Below are positions 48,125-58,401 of a stretch of 64,000 bases of DNA, one piece after another. This DNA comes from an uncultured Alphaproteobacteria bacterium (GTDB lineage: Bacteria; Pseudomonadota; Alphaproteobacteria; M2410). Each line of letters starts with the position of its first letter. Positions within the stretch are counted from its first letter, which is position 1. The stretch covers positions 29,802 to 93,801 of the forward strand of contig CBFDBJ010000002.1 in the NCBI GenBank assembly GCA_965603015.1, given 5' to 3'. Position numbers and translations under genes: made by a program. Below the pieces are notes generated by a model. The model was not told the origin of the DNA. It saw nothing but the letters and a program-made list of their open reading frames with translations, and searched no databases.

Positions 48125-48200
48125 TGGTGGAGCCGAAGGGGATCGAACCCTCGACATCCACGTTGCGAACGTGGCGCTCTCCCAACTGAGCTACGGCCCC
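48125..48200 (-). tRNA. tRNA-Ala(CGC)
   Basis: GGGGCCGTAGCTCAGTTGGGAGAGCGCCACGTTCGCAACGTGGATGTCGAGGGTTCGATCCCCTTCGGCTCCACCA; G3:U70 pair, anticodon CGC, encoded CCA. Confidence 0.97.
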
Positions 48201-48422
48201 GGGACTGTAAAACCTTTTAATATCAATCGGTTACAGACAACATTGTGCGGGGAGGCTTTTAACCGGTCAAGCGTTTTGGCACTCTGGTGCTCAGTTCGTC
48301 TGCTCCTGGGTCTATAACGGACCACTTTCAAAGTGGCTCCAGTGGCCTGCTGTTGACCCTGAACGGACATGCCTGACAGATCGCTGACTGAGAGTTTGGT
48401 TGGGAGAAGCCGTAGAGTTTGT

Positions 48423-49283
48423 TCAAGGTTTGGTCCACTTCGAAAGATTGAGGATCATCTCATATTGATCCCCGTAGTGCTCCCAACCATGGGAAGCCAT
48501 CACGTCAAGCAGCTCTTCGTCGCTCGCGTCGATATTCACGAAGTGGGGTTGCTCACCGTTTTCTGCCTGTGCGGCGTGGAGGAGTGTTGTGGTGATCTCT
48601 TTGCGTTTGGGCCCCTTTGGAACGCTCAGTTGATGAATTTGTCTGGATTTGCGGGCAAAGCATCCGAGTCCAATGGGTAGCCCATCCTGGTTTCGTGCGG
48701 TCAGACAGAGCGCCTCGTCTGGAAACGCCTCCAGCGCGCCAAAGGAGTTTTGCCAGGTCGGCATCCAGGTCTGAAGAAGGGCGGAATAATCACGCGCTTC
48801 CCGAAGTGAAACTTCCTCGATTTTGATCGTTGGATGGCCTTTCAAAGGTCGGAAGTTTCCACGGCTCAATACGACGCGTCTACGTCGCTGAAATCCCAGT
48901 TTCTCATAGGCTGGCAGAGCGCGGTCATTGTTGGTGAGGCATTCAAGGACTATTTTTGAGACCACGCCCGGTGCATTTCGGACGACGGGTTCAAAGACCT
49001 TTTCAGTCAGGCCTTTGCGCCGCCATGGAGGTCTCGTTCCTACAGCGATGCCATAGAGCGCCTTCGGTTCATGGTCTTCACTCATTCCGACAAACCAAAA
49101 TGCAACAAGCGTGTCGCCTTCAAAGGCTCCGCGAGAGTGGACAGGTGTAAAGGCTCGCTGCACCAACATGCGCTCAAAATGTTCTCGAGTTATCGTCATC
49201 GGTACGACGTAGTCACTGTAGGCATCCAACATTGCTTCATGCAGTTGATCCAATGAAACCTCTGTTAGATCCCTAATGTCCAT
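48423..49283 (-). CDS. GNAT family N-acetyltransferase (tandem GNAT)
   Basis: AYSDYVVPM, TRPPWRRKGL and NDRALPAYEKLGF. Confidence 0.85.
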   Translation of the reverse strand: MDIRDLTEVSLDQLHEAMLDAYSDYVVPMTITREHFERMLVQRAFTPVHSRGAFEGDTLVAFWFVGMSEDHEPKALYGIAVGTRPPWRRKGLTEKVFEPVVRNAPGVVSKIVLECLTNNDRALPAYEKLGFQRRRRVVLSRGNFRPLKGHPTIKIEEVSLREARDYSALLQTWMPTWQNSFGALEAFPDEALCLTARNQDGLPIGLGCFARKSRQIHQLSVPKGPKRKEITTTLLHAAQAENGEQPHFVNIDASDEELLDVMASHGWEHYGDQYEMILNLSKWTKP

Positions 49284-49575
49284 GATGCAAAGCTCCCCTG
49301 GAGACGCAACGACAAATCTTGTCCCGACGGGACGACCTTCTCTCAGAGTTGGAAAGCCGAACCAAATCAATTATACACACTATATGCAGTATGGAAGATC
49401 ACCTCGGCGTCTTCCAGTCCAATAGCATGAGGCGTCAAAGTCCGCCTCGGCTATGAACGGAAGTTTTCAAGCTCGGGCGAGGATGACCGGTTTTACCCCA
49501 AAAGCAGGCATCAATAGACATGGCCCACCCGGGAAACGTCACTTTTTTCACGATGATGAAAATCTGCGCTGACGA

Positions 49576-50781
49576 TCAGCCGACGCGCAGTGCCCGGAAG
49601 GGCGCATCACCCCGCGTCTTGCATGCCTCCCGGCCGCGCCGGTCAGCATCCATCAGGGCGGCGCGAAACCGGGTCTCATCAACTTCAAAATCGAAATTCA
49701 CCATGGTCGGATAAAGACAGGCACTGGTCACCACCTGATCGATCGCCGCCTTGTCAGCCTCCGGGTCCAGCTCGACATGGCCCAGATGCACCGGCAGGCC
49801 CACCGCCATGAACAGATCAAGCGCGCGGGCAAACTCGGCATCATCGCCTTCCAGAGCAAGCTGGGTCAGGATCCCCAGCGCCACCATTTCGCCATGCATA
49901 ACCGCCGCATCGACCTTGGCAATCATCGTCAAGGCGCTGGCCAGAGCATGCGCAGCAGCAAGACCCCCGCTCTCAAAACCGAGCCCGCTGTGCAGCGTAT
50001 TGGCCTCGACGATATTTTCAAAATCGAGAGTGATAGCCCCCTCCTTCATGGCTTCAAGCGCACCATGAGCTGATGAATAGACCGTTTCAGCACACAGATG
50101 CCCGACAGAGGCCGCCGCCAGCGTTGGCCGCGCTCCGAGCGTCGAACGCGCCGCCGGATTGGCAATGCAAACCCGCGCCTCATACCAGGTCGCCAGCGCG
50201 TCGGCCATGCCGGACACCAGATACCGGGGCTGCGTCCTGAGGATAATTTCCGTATCCATCAGGACAAGCGAGGGGTTGTCAGGGAAAAACTCCACGCCGA
50301 CCTGCACCCCTTCGGGCGAATAGATCACTGAAAGCGCCGAACACGGAGCATCTGTCGAGGCGAGCGTCGGCACAATGACCGCGCGGGCACCGAGCCGATG
50401 CGCAATGGCCTTGCCTGCATCGATGCACTTGCCGCCACCAACCGCGATCAGACAATCAATCCGGGGTTCTGCTCCGGCAAGCTCATCTGTCACCCGTTCA
50501 ATCTCTTCAAGGGAGCACTCCCCGCCAAAGGGCGCGATGCGGAGCGCAATCCCCTCATGACCCAGGCTGCTCTCAATCTGCGCCCCGAACCGGGCAAGGC
50601 CGCCGTCCGAAATCAGGATTGCAGCGGTTTTCACCTTTAGCACGCCGAGGTATCGTCCCAGATTATCCAGCACACCGGGCCCCTGCACATAGCAATGCGG
50701 CGACACGAAGACCCGCGGCGGCGTCCCGGTTTCAGATCCGAAAACGAGAGGAGGAAAATAGGGCGTATCTGTCTGGCTCAT
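49576..50781 (-). CDS. gldA: Glycerol dehydrogenase (iron-containing ADH family)
   Basis: GGGKCID, PTLASTDAPCS, GFESGGLAAAH and MHGE. Confidence 0.85.
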   Translation of the reverse strand: MSQTDTPYFPPLVFGSETGTPPRVFVSPHCYVQGPGVLDNLGRYLGVLKVKTAAILISDGGLARFGAQIESSLGHEGIALRIAPFGGECSLEEIERVTDELAGAEPRIDCLIAVGGGKCIDAGKAIAHRLGARAVIVPTLASTDAPCSALSVIYSPEGVQVGVEFFPDNPSLVLMDTEIILRTQPRYLVSGMADALATWYEARVCIANPAARSTLGARPTLAAASVGHLCAETVYSSAHGALEAMKEGAITLDFENIVEANTLHSGLGFESGGLAAAHALASALTMIAKVDAAVMHGEMVALGILTQLALEGDDAEFARALDLFMAVGLPVHLGHVELDPEADKAAIDQVVTSACLYPTMVNFDFEVDETRFRAALMDADRRGREACKTRGDAPFRALRVG

Positions 50782-50886
50782 TGTCGTTCCCTGCCTGTTA
50801 AGCTGCCCCACAAAGGGACACAGGCAACAAGGCTACGAGAGCCGCATCGGCAATGCAAGATCAGACAGTAACACCCCGGACCAGAT

Positions 50887-50920
50887 AAAAACCCGGCGCC
50901 ATCTTTCGATAGCGCCGGGC
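50887..50920 (-). terminator. Rho-independent terminator of the TonB receptor gene
   Basis: Minus strand CCCGGCGC...GCGCCGGG-TTTTT. Confidence 0.7.
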
Positions 50921-50950
50921 TTCATAGTCTTCGGATCATGAGGGATCAGA

Positions 50951-53359
50951 TTAGAAGTTATAAACGCCGCGCAGATACCACATACCGCCGTGGGAGCCGA
51001 TAGGCGTCCGACGAGGATAGGGCATGCCCTGGGAGACGCGACTTGGTACTCTGTCAGGATACTCATCAAACATGTTGTTGGCACCAAGCATCAGTTCGAA
51101 CTTCTCGGTCATGGCGAAACGCACTTCCGCATCGAAGATAAGCTCCGATCCGATCGGCGTATTGGCACCATCTTCGTCAACCGTCTCACCGTAATAGTTC
51201 GCACGAACCATACCGGAGAGGCGTCCGACCGAATGAACAACCGAAAAGCTTGTCCGGTCTTCAGGAAGGTTGCCTTCGATATTTGCAATGGCGCCGGCAG
51301 AAACCGGATCAATGCCGCCCACTTGAGTCTGTCCGGTCACTTCAGTTTCCGTGTGGTTATACGCAAAGGTGAAGTTTGTCGTCGAACCGTTGTCCCAATC
51401 GTGTTGGTAGAGGCCAACAACATCCACTCCGGTAGTCTCTGTCTCAAGCGCGTTCGTATAGAACGAAAGGCTGGTGAACAAAGGATCAACCACAGCAATG
51501 TTTTGCGTCTTCATAATCCGGTCTTCAACCTCGATTTTGAAGCCATCAACCGTAATTGAAAAGGCAGGATCCGGCTGGAACGAAAAGCCGATGCTGGTAT
51601 TCAGAGAGGTTTCTGCATCCAGCGCTTTACCACCGTTTGCAACCGCCAGCGGATGCGTCGGTGCCAACGTGCCCTGTTGGGTTTGCTCAAGCGTACCAAC
51701 GTCAAATGTCGTCACAATACCGGAGTAGTTGCTTTGACCAGGTGTCGGAGCCCGGAAGCCGGTCGAAATGGCCCCGCGCAAGGTAATCACATCCGAGAGC
51801 GCATAACGAGCAGCCAGCTTTCCGACTGTTGTACTGCCAAAGTCGGAGAAGTTCTCATGACGAACAGCAACCTGAACGAGGAAGTCTTCGCTGAAATCAG
51901 TCTCCATATCGACGTAGGCCGCCCAGTTTTCACGTGAAAATTCGCCGGCCGTTTCCGGAGATATTCCGGTCATGCCATTGGCACCAATCCCGGGCTCAAC
52001 ATAGTTGGTCGCAGTAACAGGATCGATCAACGCACCAACACCGGTCCAGTCACCGGCATCCCATGCGGCACGGTCCCCAACATACATTTCATAGGTTTCC
52101 TCGCGCCACTCGGCACCGAACGCCACATTTGTGCGATCACTTACCTGCTTGGAGAAATCAGCATTGAGGTTCATTTCACGCTGCTCGAGATCACCAATGT
52201 CAAAGGACGTCGGCGTATCAGGCCCCCAGGACGGGTTAATTGATCTATTGAGCGTATATTCCATACGGTTCTGACCATAGGACAGACTGAAGTCGTAGTT
52301 CCAGCCGCCTTCAGTTTCACCGCGGATACCCGCAACCTGACTGAAATCACTTTGATCACCATCAAGCAGCGGCGTAAAGCCGGCAGGATAAGCGTCACAC
52401 AGACAGAAGTTGCCGCCGGCCGGATTTGACGGGTCCAGAGGCACAGGCGTCAAAATGCCAGCCTTGTCAGGCTCCCTGTAGAAAAAGCTGTAAGTGCCGA
52501 CTGTGTCGGCATAGTTGCCGAACAGATAGGCTTCTGCAGATCCCAGGGAAACCGCAGCATTATACATCATGCGCAGTCCACTTGAAGCCGGACGACCCCA
52601 GTTCATTGCCGGGTTTTTGGCACCAACGACGCCAATCGCATCCACATCCTGGCCACCGCGAGACAGCTGCTCGTTGTCAACGTATTCGGCGCTGATGTTC
52701 AGGAACCCGTCATTGCCAAGTGGCAGTCCAAAGTTGGTCGCAAGTTTCCAGTCCGTTTCGCCTTCAAACCATGTGCCGACCTGGGCCTGAACTTGCCCGC
52801 CTTCATCACTATCCTTCAAAATGAAATTCATGACACCGGCAATCGCATCAGAACCGTACTGAGCCGCAGCCCCGTCGCGAAGAACTTCGACGTTCTTGAG
52901 CGCAATGCTCGGGATCATACCGACGTCAACCGCATGGGCCCCGGAGCTCATCGCAGCACCAAAGTGCTGGATCAAGGAGGAGCGATGGCGCCGCTTTGAA
53001 TTAACAAGTACGAGCGTATCATCTGGCGGCAGTCCGCGCAGGGAGGTCGATCGCACGAACGCACTGCCGTCACCGGTAAGCGCTGTCGCCGAATAGGATG
53101 GCACAAGATTTCTGAGCGTCTCGGTCAGATCTCCATTGCCCTGACGCTCCAGAGTTATCGCATCGAAAGTATCAACCGGGACCGGCGAATCGAGGGCAGT
53201 GCGCGGCTTTGAGCGCGTACCCGTAACCAGCAGTTCCTCGATCAATGGCTTGTCAGCCCCCTGCGCCATCGCCGCCGGAGCAAAGGCGGTCGGAGCAAGC
53301 GCCCCGATGAGCGCGATACACGAGGCACCCACTTTTAGCTTGTCTGTAAATTTCATCAT
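50951..53359 (-). CDS. TonB-dependent receptor
   Basis: TonB box ELLVTG, plug VEVLRDGAAAQYGSDAIAGVMN, and C-terminal YNF. Confidence 0.93.
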   Translation of the reverse strand: MMKFTDKLKVGASCIALIGALAPTAFAPAAMAQGADKPLIEELLVTGTRSKPRTALDSPVPVDTFDAITLERQGNGDLTETLRNLVPSYSATALTGDGSAFVRSTSLRGLPPDDTLVLVNSKRRHRSSLIQHFGAAMSSGAHAVDVGMIPSIALKNVEVLRDGAAAQYGSDAIAGVMNFILKDSDEGGQVQAQVGTWFEGETDWKLATNFGLPLGNDGFLNISAEYVDNEQLSRGGQDVDAIGVVGAKNPAMNWGRPASSGLRMMYNAAVSLGSAEAYLFGNYADTVGTYSFFYREPDKAGILTPVPLDPSNPAGGNFCLCDAYPAGFTPLLDGDQSDFSQVAGIRGETEGGWNYDFSLSYGQNRMEYTLNRSINPSWGPDTPTSFDIGDLEQREMNLNADFSKQVSDRTNVAFGAEWREETYEMYVGDRAAWDAGDWTGVGALIDPVTATNYVEPGIGANGMTGISPETAGEFSRENWAAYVDMETDFSEDFLVQVAVRHENFSDFGSTTVGKLAARYALSDVITLRGAISTGFRAPTPGQSNYSGIVTTFDVGTLEQTQQGTLAPTHPLAVANGGKALDAETSLNTSIGFSFQPDPAFSITVDGFKIEVEDRIMKTQNIAVVDPLFTSLSFYTNALETETTGVDVVGLYQHDWDNGSTTNFTFAYNHTETEVTGQTQVGGIDPVSAGAIANIEGNLPEDRTSFSVVHSVGRLSGMVRANYYGETVDEDGANTPIGSELIFDAEVRFAMTEKFELMLGANNMFDEYPDRVPSRVSQGMPYPRRTPIGSHGGMWYLRGVYNF

Positions 53360-53564
53360 CTTCTCCGTTCTATCATTCCCAAATCCAGGCAATCGCCAAC
53401 AGCAGTCAAACCGCAGCGTACCGGGCCCATCCTGGCGGCTCACACCGCCTCAAACATCTAACGGGACTATTACAAAACCCCAAAAAGGGAACCCTGCCCC
53501 GACACACAACAGCCGATGACATCCCTGATTCCATTAACAAGGTTAACAACCGCACATCCCCAAT

Positions 53565-53655
53565 GCAACGCTTGTTGGGAATAATGCCGAAACGCGCAAC
53601 GAGTGTTGCATTAACGCCTCTTGAAAAACACGCAACATTGCGCAACAAGTGTTGC
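53565..53655. promoter_or_regulatory. Three palindromic operator boxes GCAAC-N4-GTTGC
   Basis: 53565-53578 (one mismatch), 53596-53609 and 53642-53655, between the divergent TonB receptor and RpiR genes. Confidence 0.7.
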
Positions 53656-53700
53656 AAAACATCGTCAAAAAATGACGAGATCGAACCCGGAAACATAGTC

Positions 53701-54624
53701 ATGCAAAGCGTTCCCGCCCCGAGCGTCAAGGAATTCACCGCCGCGATATCCAGATGTCGCAGCGAACTGAGCCCGAATTTTCTGAAGATTGCCGATTACA
53801 TAGTCGCCAATCCCGACGAAGTTGCTCTGTCGTCAATGCGCGGGATCGCCAGCCGTCTTGATCTTGATCCGTCCAACTTCGTCCGGTTTGCAAAATTCAT
53901 GTCCTTTTCCGGCTATCCGGAATTGCGCGCCATCTTCCAGACCGACCTGCGACAGGTTCGCATGGAATATTCTGAACGTGCGCGCCGCCTTCAGAAACAA
54001 GGCAAACAGAACACGGAAACCGGACTTCTGACGGACCTTCGCAATGCCAATGCGTCAAATCTTGATTATGTGTTCGAGCACAATTCACCGGACATCCTGA
54101 AGCAGACCGCCCTCGCCCTGCTTGACGCAAACCGCATTTTCATCCTCGGGATGCGCAGCTGCTTTCCGGCCGCTTTCTCGCTGCACTATATTTGTCGGAT
54201 GGTCCGTAGCGACGTAACCCTGAGCAGCGGACACGGAGGAACGTTCGCTGACGATATTCGCGGCATCGGCCCGGACGATGTCCTTGTTGTCATCGGAACG
54301 CACCCCTACACGACCACGACGGTCACGGCAGCCAATTACGCCGCTAAATGCGGCGCCAAAATCGTCACCCTGACAGATAGCGCTCTGTCGCCCCTGGCGG
54401 CCCATGCCCATTTGGTGCTCACATTCGATCGCAAGAGCCCGTTCCCCTTGATCCCGGGAACCACCCTGCCGATCATGGCGCTGGTCGAAGCGCTGACAAC
54501 GGTCATGATCGCCAATGGCGGCGAGAAGGCTTTAGAAGCAATCAGGAGCAGTGAAGAACAGCTGCACGAGTTTTCAGCCTACATTACAAGAACAAACACC
54601 CCTTCCGAAACGGGCAAAAAATGA
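53701..54624 (+). CDS. MurR/RpiR family transcriptional regulator
   Basis: KIADYI...PSNFVRFAKFMSFSGY HTH and SIS-domain LTDSALSPLA. Confidence 0.9.
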   Translation: MQSVPAPSVKEFTAAISRCRSELSPNFLKIADYIVANPDEVALSSMRGIASRLDLDPSNFVRFAKFMSFSGYPELRAIFQTDLRQVRMEYSERARRLQKQGKQNTETGLLTDLRNANASNLDYVFEHNSPDILKQTALALLDANRIFILGMRSCFPAAFSLHYICRMVRSDVTLSSGHGGTFADDIRGIGPDDVLVVIGTHPYTTTTVTAANYAAKCGAKIVTLTDSALSPLAAHAHLVLTFDRKSPFPLIPGTTLPIMALVEALTTVMIANGGEKALEAIRSSEEQLHEFSAYITRTNTPSETGKK

Positions 54625-55934
54625 CAGCAAATTCAACATTTCCATTCAGATTGAGCAGGCAGGTTGGCGGCATACCGGAGTCCTCCACCTTGCGTATCAA
54701 TGAAGAAATCGCCGCACGCCGGGCATCAGGGGAAACCATTTGTCATATGGGCTTTGGCGAATCCCCCTTCCCGGTTCCGGCGCGCATTGCAAAAGCCCTC
54801 GCCGATGCCGCCGGATCAAACAGCTATCCGCCCACGCTGGGCCTGCCGGGCCTGAGAGACAAAGCCCTTGCGTATTTCTCGAACCGCCTGTCGTTCACCG
54901 CCGACGGCCTGAGTGCCATGGTTGGTCCGGGGAGCAAGGATCTGATCTTCGCCGCCCAGATGGCAATCGAGGGCGACGTTCTGTTGCCAACGCCGTCGTG
55001 GGTCTCTTATGCGCCGCAAGCAAAACTTGCCGGAACCAATGCGATCAAGATTCCAACGCAGGCGTCCAACCATCACAGGATGTCCGGCAAGCTCATTAGA
55101 GAAACGATTTTGCAGGCCCGGGCAAAGGGACTCAATCCGAAAAAAATCATCCTGAATTACCCGAACAATCCGACCGGACTTGGCATTGCCGGGCAGGACC
55201 TGCAGGACATCGCGGATGTCTGCCGGGAGGCCGGAATAGTTGTTATTTCGGACGAGATATATTCCCTCATCGCCCACGGCGGACCGCACCGAAGCATTGC
55301 CGGGTTTTACCCCGAAGGCACCATCGTCACCACCGGCCTGTCAAAGCACCTGTCGCTCGGAGGGTATCGGATCGGTTTTGCTTTCATACCCAACACCCTG
55401 GACGGACTTATGCCCGCCATGCGTGCCATCGCAAGTGAAACCTGGTCCTGCGTCAGCCACCCGGTTCAGCACGCCGCCATCGCCGCAGTGGAGGAGCACG
55501 ACGACATTGAGGCACACATCGCCCTCTGCACGAAGATCCACGGCATGGTCACGAACTATGCGCGCGACCGACTTATCGCAGCAGGCATTGAGTATCCGCC
55601 TCTGGCGGGCGGCTTCTATCTCTACCCCGATGTCACCGAACATGCCGCTGACCTCGCCGCGGCCTACGGTGTGAGCTCAAGTCAAGAGCTGGCGGCGGAT
55701 TTGTTATCGCGAGCATCCGTAGCAACCCTGCCGGGGACTGACTTTGGCGATGCCGAACAGGTTCTCTCCCTCAGACTGGCAATCACCGACTATGACGGCG
55801 CTGAAGCGCTTGAACGCCTCATCTCCCATCCGGATATGGACCAGGATCAATTTGTCAAAACGGCCTGCCCCCGCATCGTGCGCGCATGTGATAGTCTTAT
55901 CGAATACTTTGCTGCGGCGGCCGGTAACCGATAA
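54621..55934 (+). CDS. Class I/II PLP aminotransferase (aspartate aminotransferase-like)
   Basis: FGESPFP, YPNNPTG, SDEIY and GLSKHLSLGGYRIG. Confidence 0.9.
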   Translation: MTANSTFPFRLSRQVGGIPESSTLRINEEIAARRASGETICHMGFGESPFPVPARIAKALADAAGSNSYPPTLGLPGLRDKALAYFSNRLSFTADGLSAMVGPGSKDLIFAAQMAIEGDVLLPTPSWVSYAPQAKLAGTNAIKIPTQASNHHRMSGKLIRETILQARAKGLNPKKIILNYPNNPTGLGIAGQDLQDIADVCREAGIVVISDEIYSLIAHGGPHRSIAGFYPEGTIVTTGLSKHLSLGGYRIGFAFIPNTLDGLMPAMRAIASETWSCVSHPVQHAAIAAVEEHDDIEAHIALCTKIHGMVTNYARDRLIAAGIEYPPLAGGFYLYPDVTEHAADLAAAYGVSSSQELAADLLSRASVATLPGTDFGDAEQVLSLRLAITDYDGAEALERLISHPDMDQDQFVKTACPRIVRACDSLIEYFAAAAGNR

Positions 55935-55953
55935 ACCGAAAGGAAGGCGATCA

Positions 55954-56730
55954 ATGACCAGTAACAAACCTTTTCGATTTTCTGCCATCATTCTTGCAGG
56001 ACTTTTCGGCGCCGTGACCAACGCAAAGGCTGGGGAAGTCGACCTTTCGATCCCCACAGCTGAGCGCACCCCGCTCGCCGCCAAACTGATTGTACCCGAG
56101 GGTCCGGGGCCCTTCCCGACACTCATCATTGCCCCGGGGGGAGGCTATGATATGGACCAGCCGCTCACGGGCAGCCTGGCCAGAGCCGCGGCAGACGCAG
56201 GGTTTGCAGCCTTGCGCTTTGACTGGCGCTTTTACAAGGAAGCCAATGCCAGGCCTTCTCAGAACCTGTCCACAGAAACCAAAGACCTGGAAGAGATCGT
56301 GGCCTTTGCAAGAAGCGATAATCGTCTTGATACAGATCGTATATTCGTTGCCGGAAAATCTCTCGGCAGCCTGGTCGCCTGGCGTGTGGCATCAGCGGAC
56401 AGCGAGGTACGAGCGACCTACCTCCTGACGCCGATTTGTAGACAGGTCGGCGACAACGGACAGAACGGCAACTATCCGGGCCTGCTCGAAACCGAAAAAC
56501 CAACCGTTCTTGTTTTGGGCAACCGTGACCCACTGTGTCCCCTGCCCAATCTCTACAAATGGCTGGGATCTGCAAACGATAACATTTCCGCCCTTGTTTT
56601 TGGCGGCAATCACGGGATGAAATTCCCCCCGGAAGCCGGCGATCTCACCGCGCAAAACGAACAAAGAGCGATTGAAGCCGTGGTCCATTGGCTGACCATC
56701 CACAATCACGATCTGGACAGCCCGCAGTGA
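55954..56730 (+). CDS. Secreted alpha/beta hydrolase
   Basis: Signal peptide, nucleophile elbow GKSLG, GNRD and GNH. Confidence 0.75.
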   Translation: MTSNKPFRFSAIILAGLFGAVTNAKAGEVDLSIPTAERTPLAAKLIVPEGPGPFPTLIIAPGGGYDMDQPLTGSLARAAADAGFAALRFDWRFYKEANARPSQNLSTETKDLEEIVAFARSDNRLDTDRIFVAGKSLGSLVAWRVASADSEVRATYLLTPICRQVGDNGQNGNYPGLLETEKPTVLVLGNRDPLCPLPNLYKWLGSANDNISALVFGGNHGMKFPPEAGDLTAQNEQRAIEAVVHWLTIHNHDLDSPQ

Positions 56731-56778
56731 TATGAAATACAAGAATAGTGCCCGAAAGCAGCACGGAAAGATTGCGTA

Positions 56779-58374
56779 ATGGAGTTTGATTATATCATCG
56801 TCGGGGCTGGCAGCGCCGGATGCGCCCTGGCCAATCGGCTGACGGCCTCTGGCCAGCACACCGTCCTTCTGCTGGAAGCCGGGATTTCGGATCGCAACCC
56901 GGCCCTCAGGATCCCGATGTTTGGCTCGGTTCTGGGTGTCGGCAATCCCAAATATGACTGGATGTATCAAACAGCGCCCGACCCGACGAGGCAGAATCGC
57001 ACGGAAATCTGGCCGCGCGGCAAGATGCTCGGCGGCAGTTCTTCCATCAACGGCACGATCTATGTGCGCGGCGACCGGGACGACTACAACGCCTGGAGCC
57101 AGCTTGGCAATCAGGGCTGGTCGTTTGATGATCTGGAACCGGTCTTCAAACGCATGGAACAGGACCGGATGGACAAAACCGGGGAACATGGCAGTGAAGG
57201 CCCCATAAAAATCCGTCCCGTTCAGGGTGCGCATGATCTTTCGCAGAAATTCGTCGAGGCCTGCGCCGAGGTCGGTGTTCCGAAAAACGCGGGCTATAAC
57301 GGCGCGGTCCAGGAAGGCACTGCCATCCTGAACACCACCTCGTCGGGCCGCGTGCGCTACTCCGCCTCGCAGGCCTATTTGATGCCGGCGCGAAAACGAT
57401 CAAACCTCACTGTACTGACCGGTGCACAGGCGACCAGTATCACTATCGAAGGCAAGCGCGCAACCGGCCTCAAGTTTCGCCGCAAGGGTGCCGTGGAAAC
57501 CGCAAAGGCGCACAAGGAAGTCATCCTGTGCGGCGGCTCGATCAATTCACCGCAGCTCTTGATGCTGTCCGGCATTGGTCCGGCGCAGCACCTGAAAGAC
57601 AAGGGCATTGCTGTTGTGCATGACCTGCCCGGCGTCGGCGAGAACCTGCATGAACACCCCTGCCTGACCATGCAAGCCAGCATCAAGGGGCCGGCCCTGA
57701 GCGATGATATCGCCAGCATCGGCGGCAAAATGAAAGCCGGACTGCGCTGGGCGCTGAAAGGCGAAGGACCGCTGACCTCCGTGGTTTTTCAAGCGCTGGC
57801 TTTCGTCAAGACATCCAGCGAGCTGTCCTACCCGGACATTCAGATACACTTTGCCCCGCTTGGCTATGGCTCTGACGAGAACGGCGTGTTCCTGATGGAA
57901 AAACCCACCATGACCTTCCAGCCCAATGTCAACCGTCCGCGCAGCCGGGGCCGTCTGTCGCTGGCCTCCGGCGATCCCCTGGAGCATCCGATCATCGAGG
58001 CCAATATGCTGGCCGACGACTATGACCTTCAAACGCTTGTCACCGCCGGCAAGTTCGTGCGCACGCTCTATGGCACCGATGCCCTGAAAGACCAGATCAT
58101 CAACGAACGACTGCCAGGGGCAGAGATCAACACCGACGACGAGTGGGAAAGTTTTGTCCGCAGCGCCGCCGGCCCGACCTTTCACCCCGTCGGAACCTGC
58201 AAGATGGGACCCGATGCCATGGCCGTCGTCGGCGCAGATCTGAAAGTCCACGGCGTGGACGGTCTGCGCGTCGCCGACGGCTCGATCATGCCCCAGGTGG
58301 TCAGCGGCAACACAAATGCTGCCTGCATGATGATCGGAGAAAAGGCTGGCGATTTGATCCTCAAGGAGGCGTGA
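56779..58374 (+). CDS. GMC family oxidoreductase (choline dehydrogenase-like)
   Basis: GAGSAG, LGGSSSING, HPVGTCKMG and GNTNA. Confidence 0.92.
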   Translation: MEFDYIIVGAGSAGCALANRLTASGQHTVLLLEAGISDRNPALRIPMFGSVLGVGNPKYDWMYQTAPDPTRQNRTEIWPRGKMLGGSSSINGTIYVRGDRDDYNAWSQLGNQGWSFDDLEPVFKRMEQDRMDKTGEHGSEGPIKIRPVQGAHDLSQKFVEACAEVGVPKNAGYNGAVQEGTAILNTTSSGRVRYSASQAYLMPARKRSNLTVLTGAQATSITIEGKRATGLKFRRKGAVETAKAHKEVILCGGSINSPQLLMLSGIGPAQHLKDKGIAVVHDLPGVGENLHEHPCLTMQASIKGPALSDDIASIGGKMKAGLRWALKGEGPLTSVVFQALAFVKTSSELSYPDIQIHFAPLGYGSDENGVFLMEKPTMTFQPNVNRPRSRGRLSLASGDPLEHPIIEANMLADDYDLQTLVTAGKFVRTLYGTDALKDQIINERLPGAEINTDDEWESFVRSAAGPTFHPVGTCKMGPDAMAVVGADLKVHGVDGLRVADGSIMPQVVSGNTNAACMMIGEKAGDLILKEA

Positions 58375-58401
58375 TCAGTCCCTCAGTCATTGATGGCGGC
58401 T

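Noticed and set aside
47111-48157. 348-aa minus-strand ORF
   Set aside because: It starts inside the tRNA and runs antisense to a well-formed lipoprotein gene.
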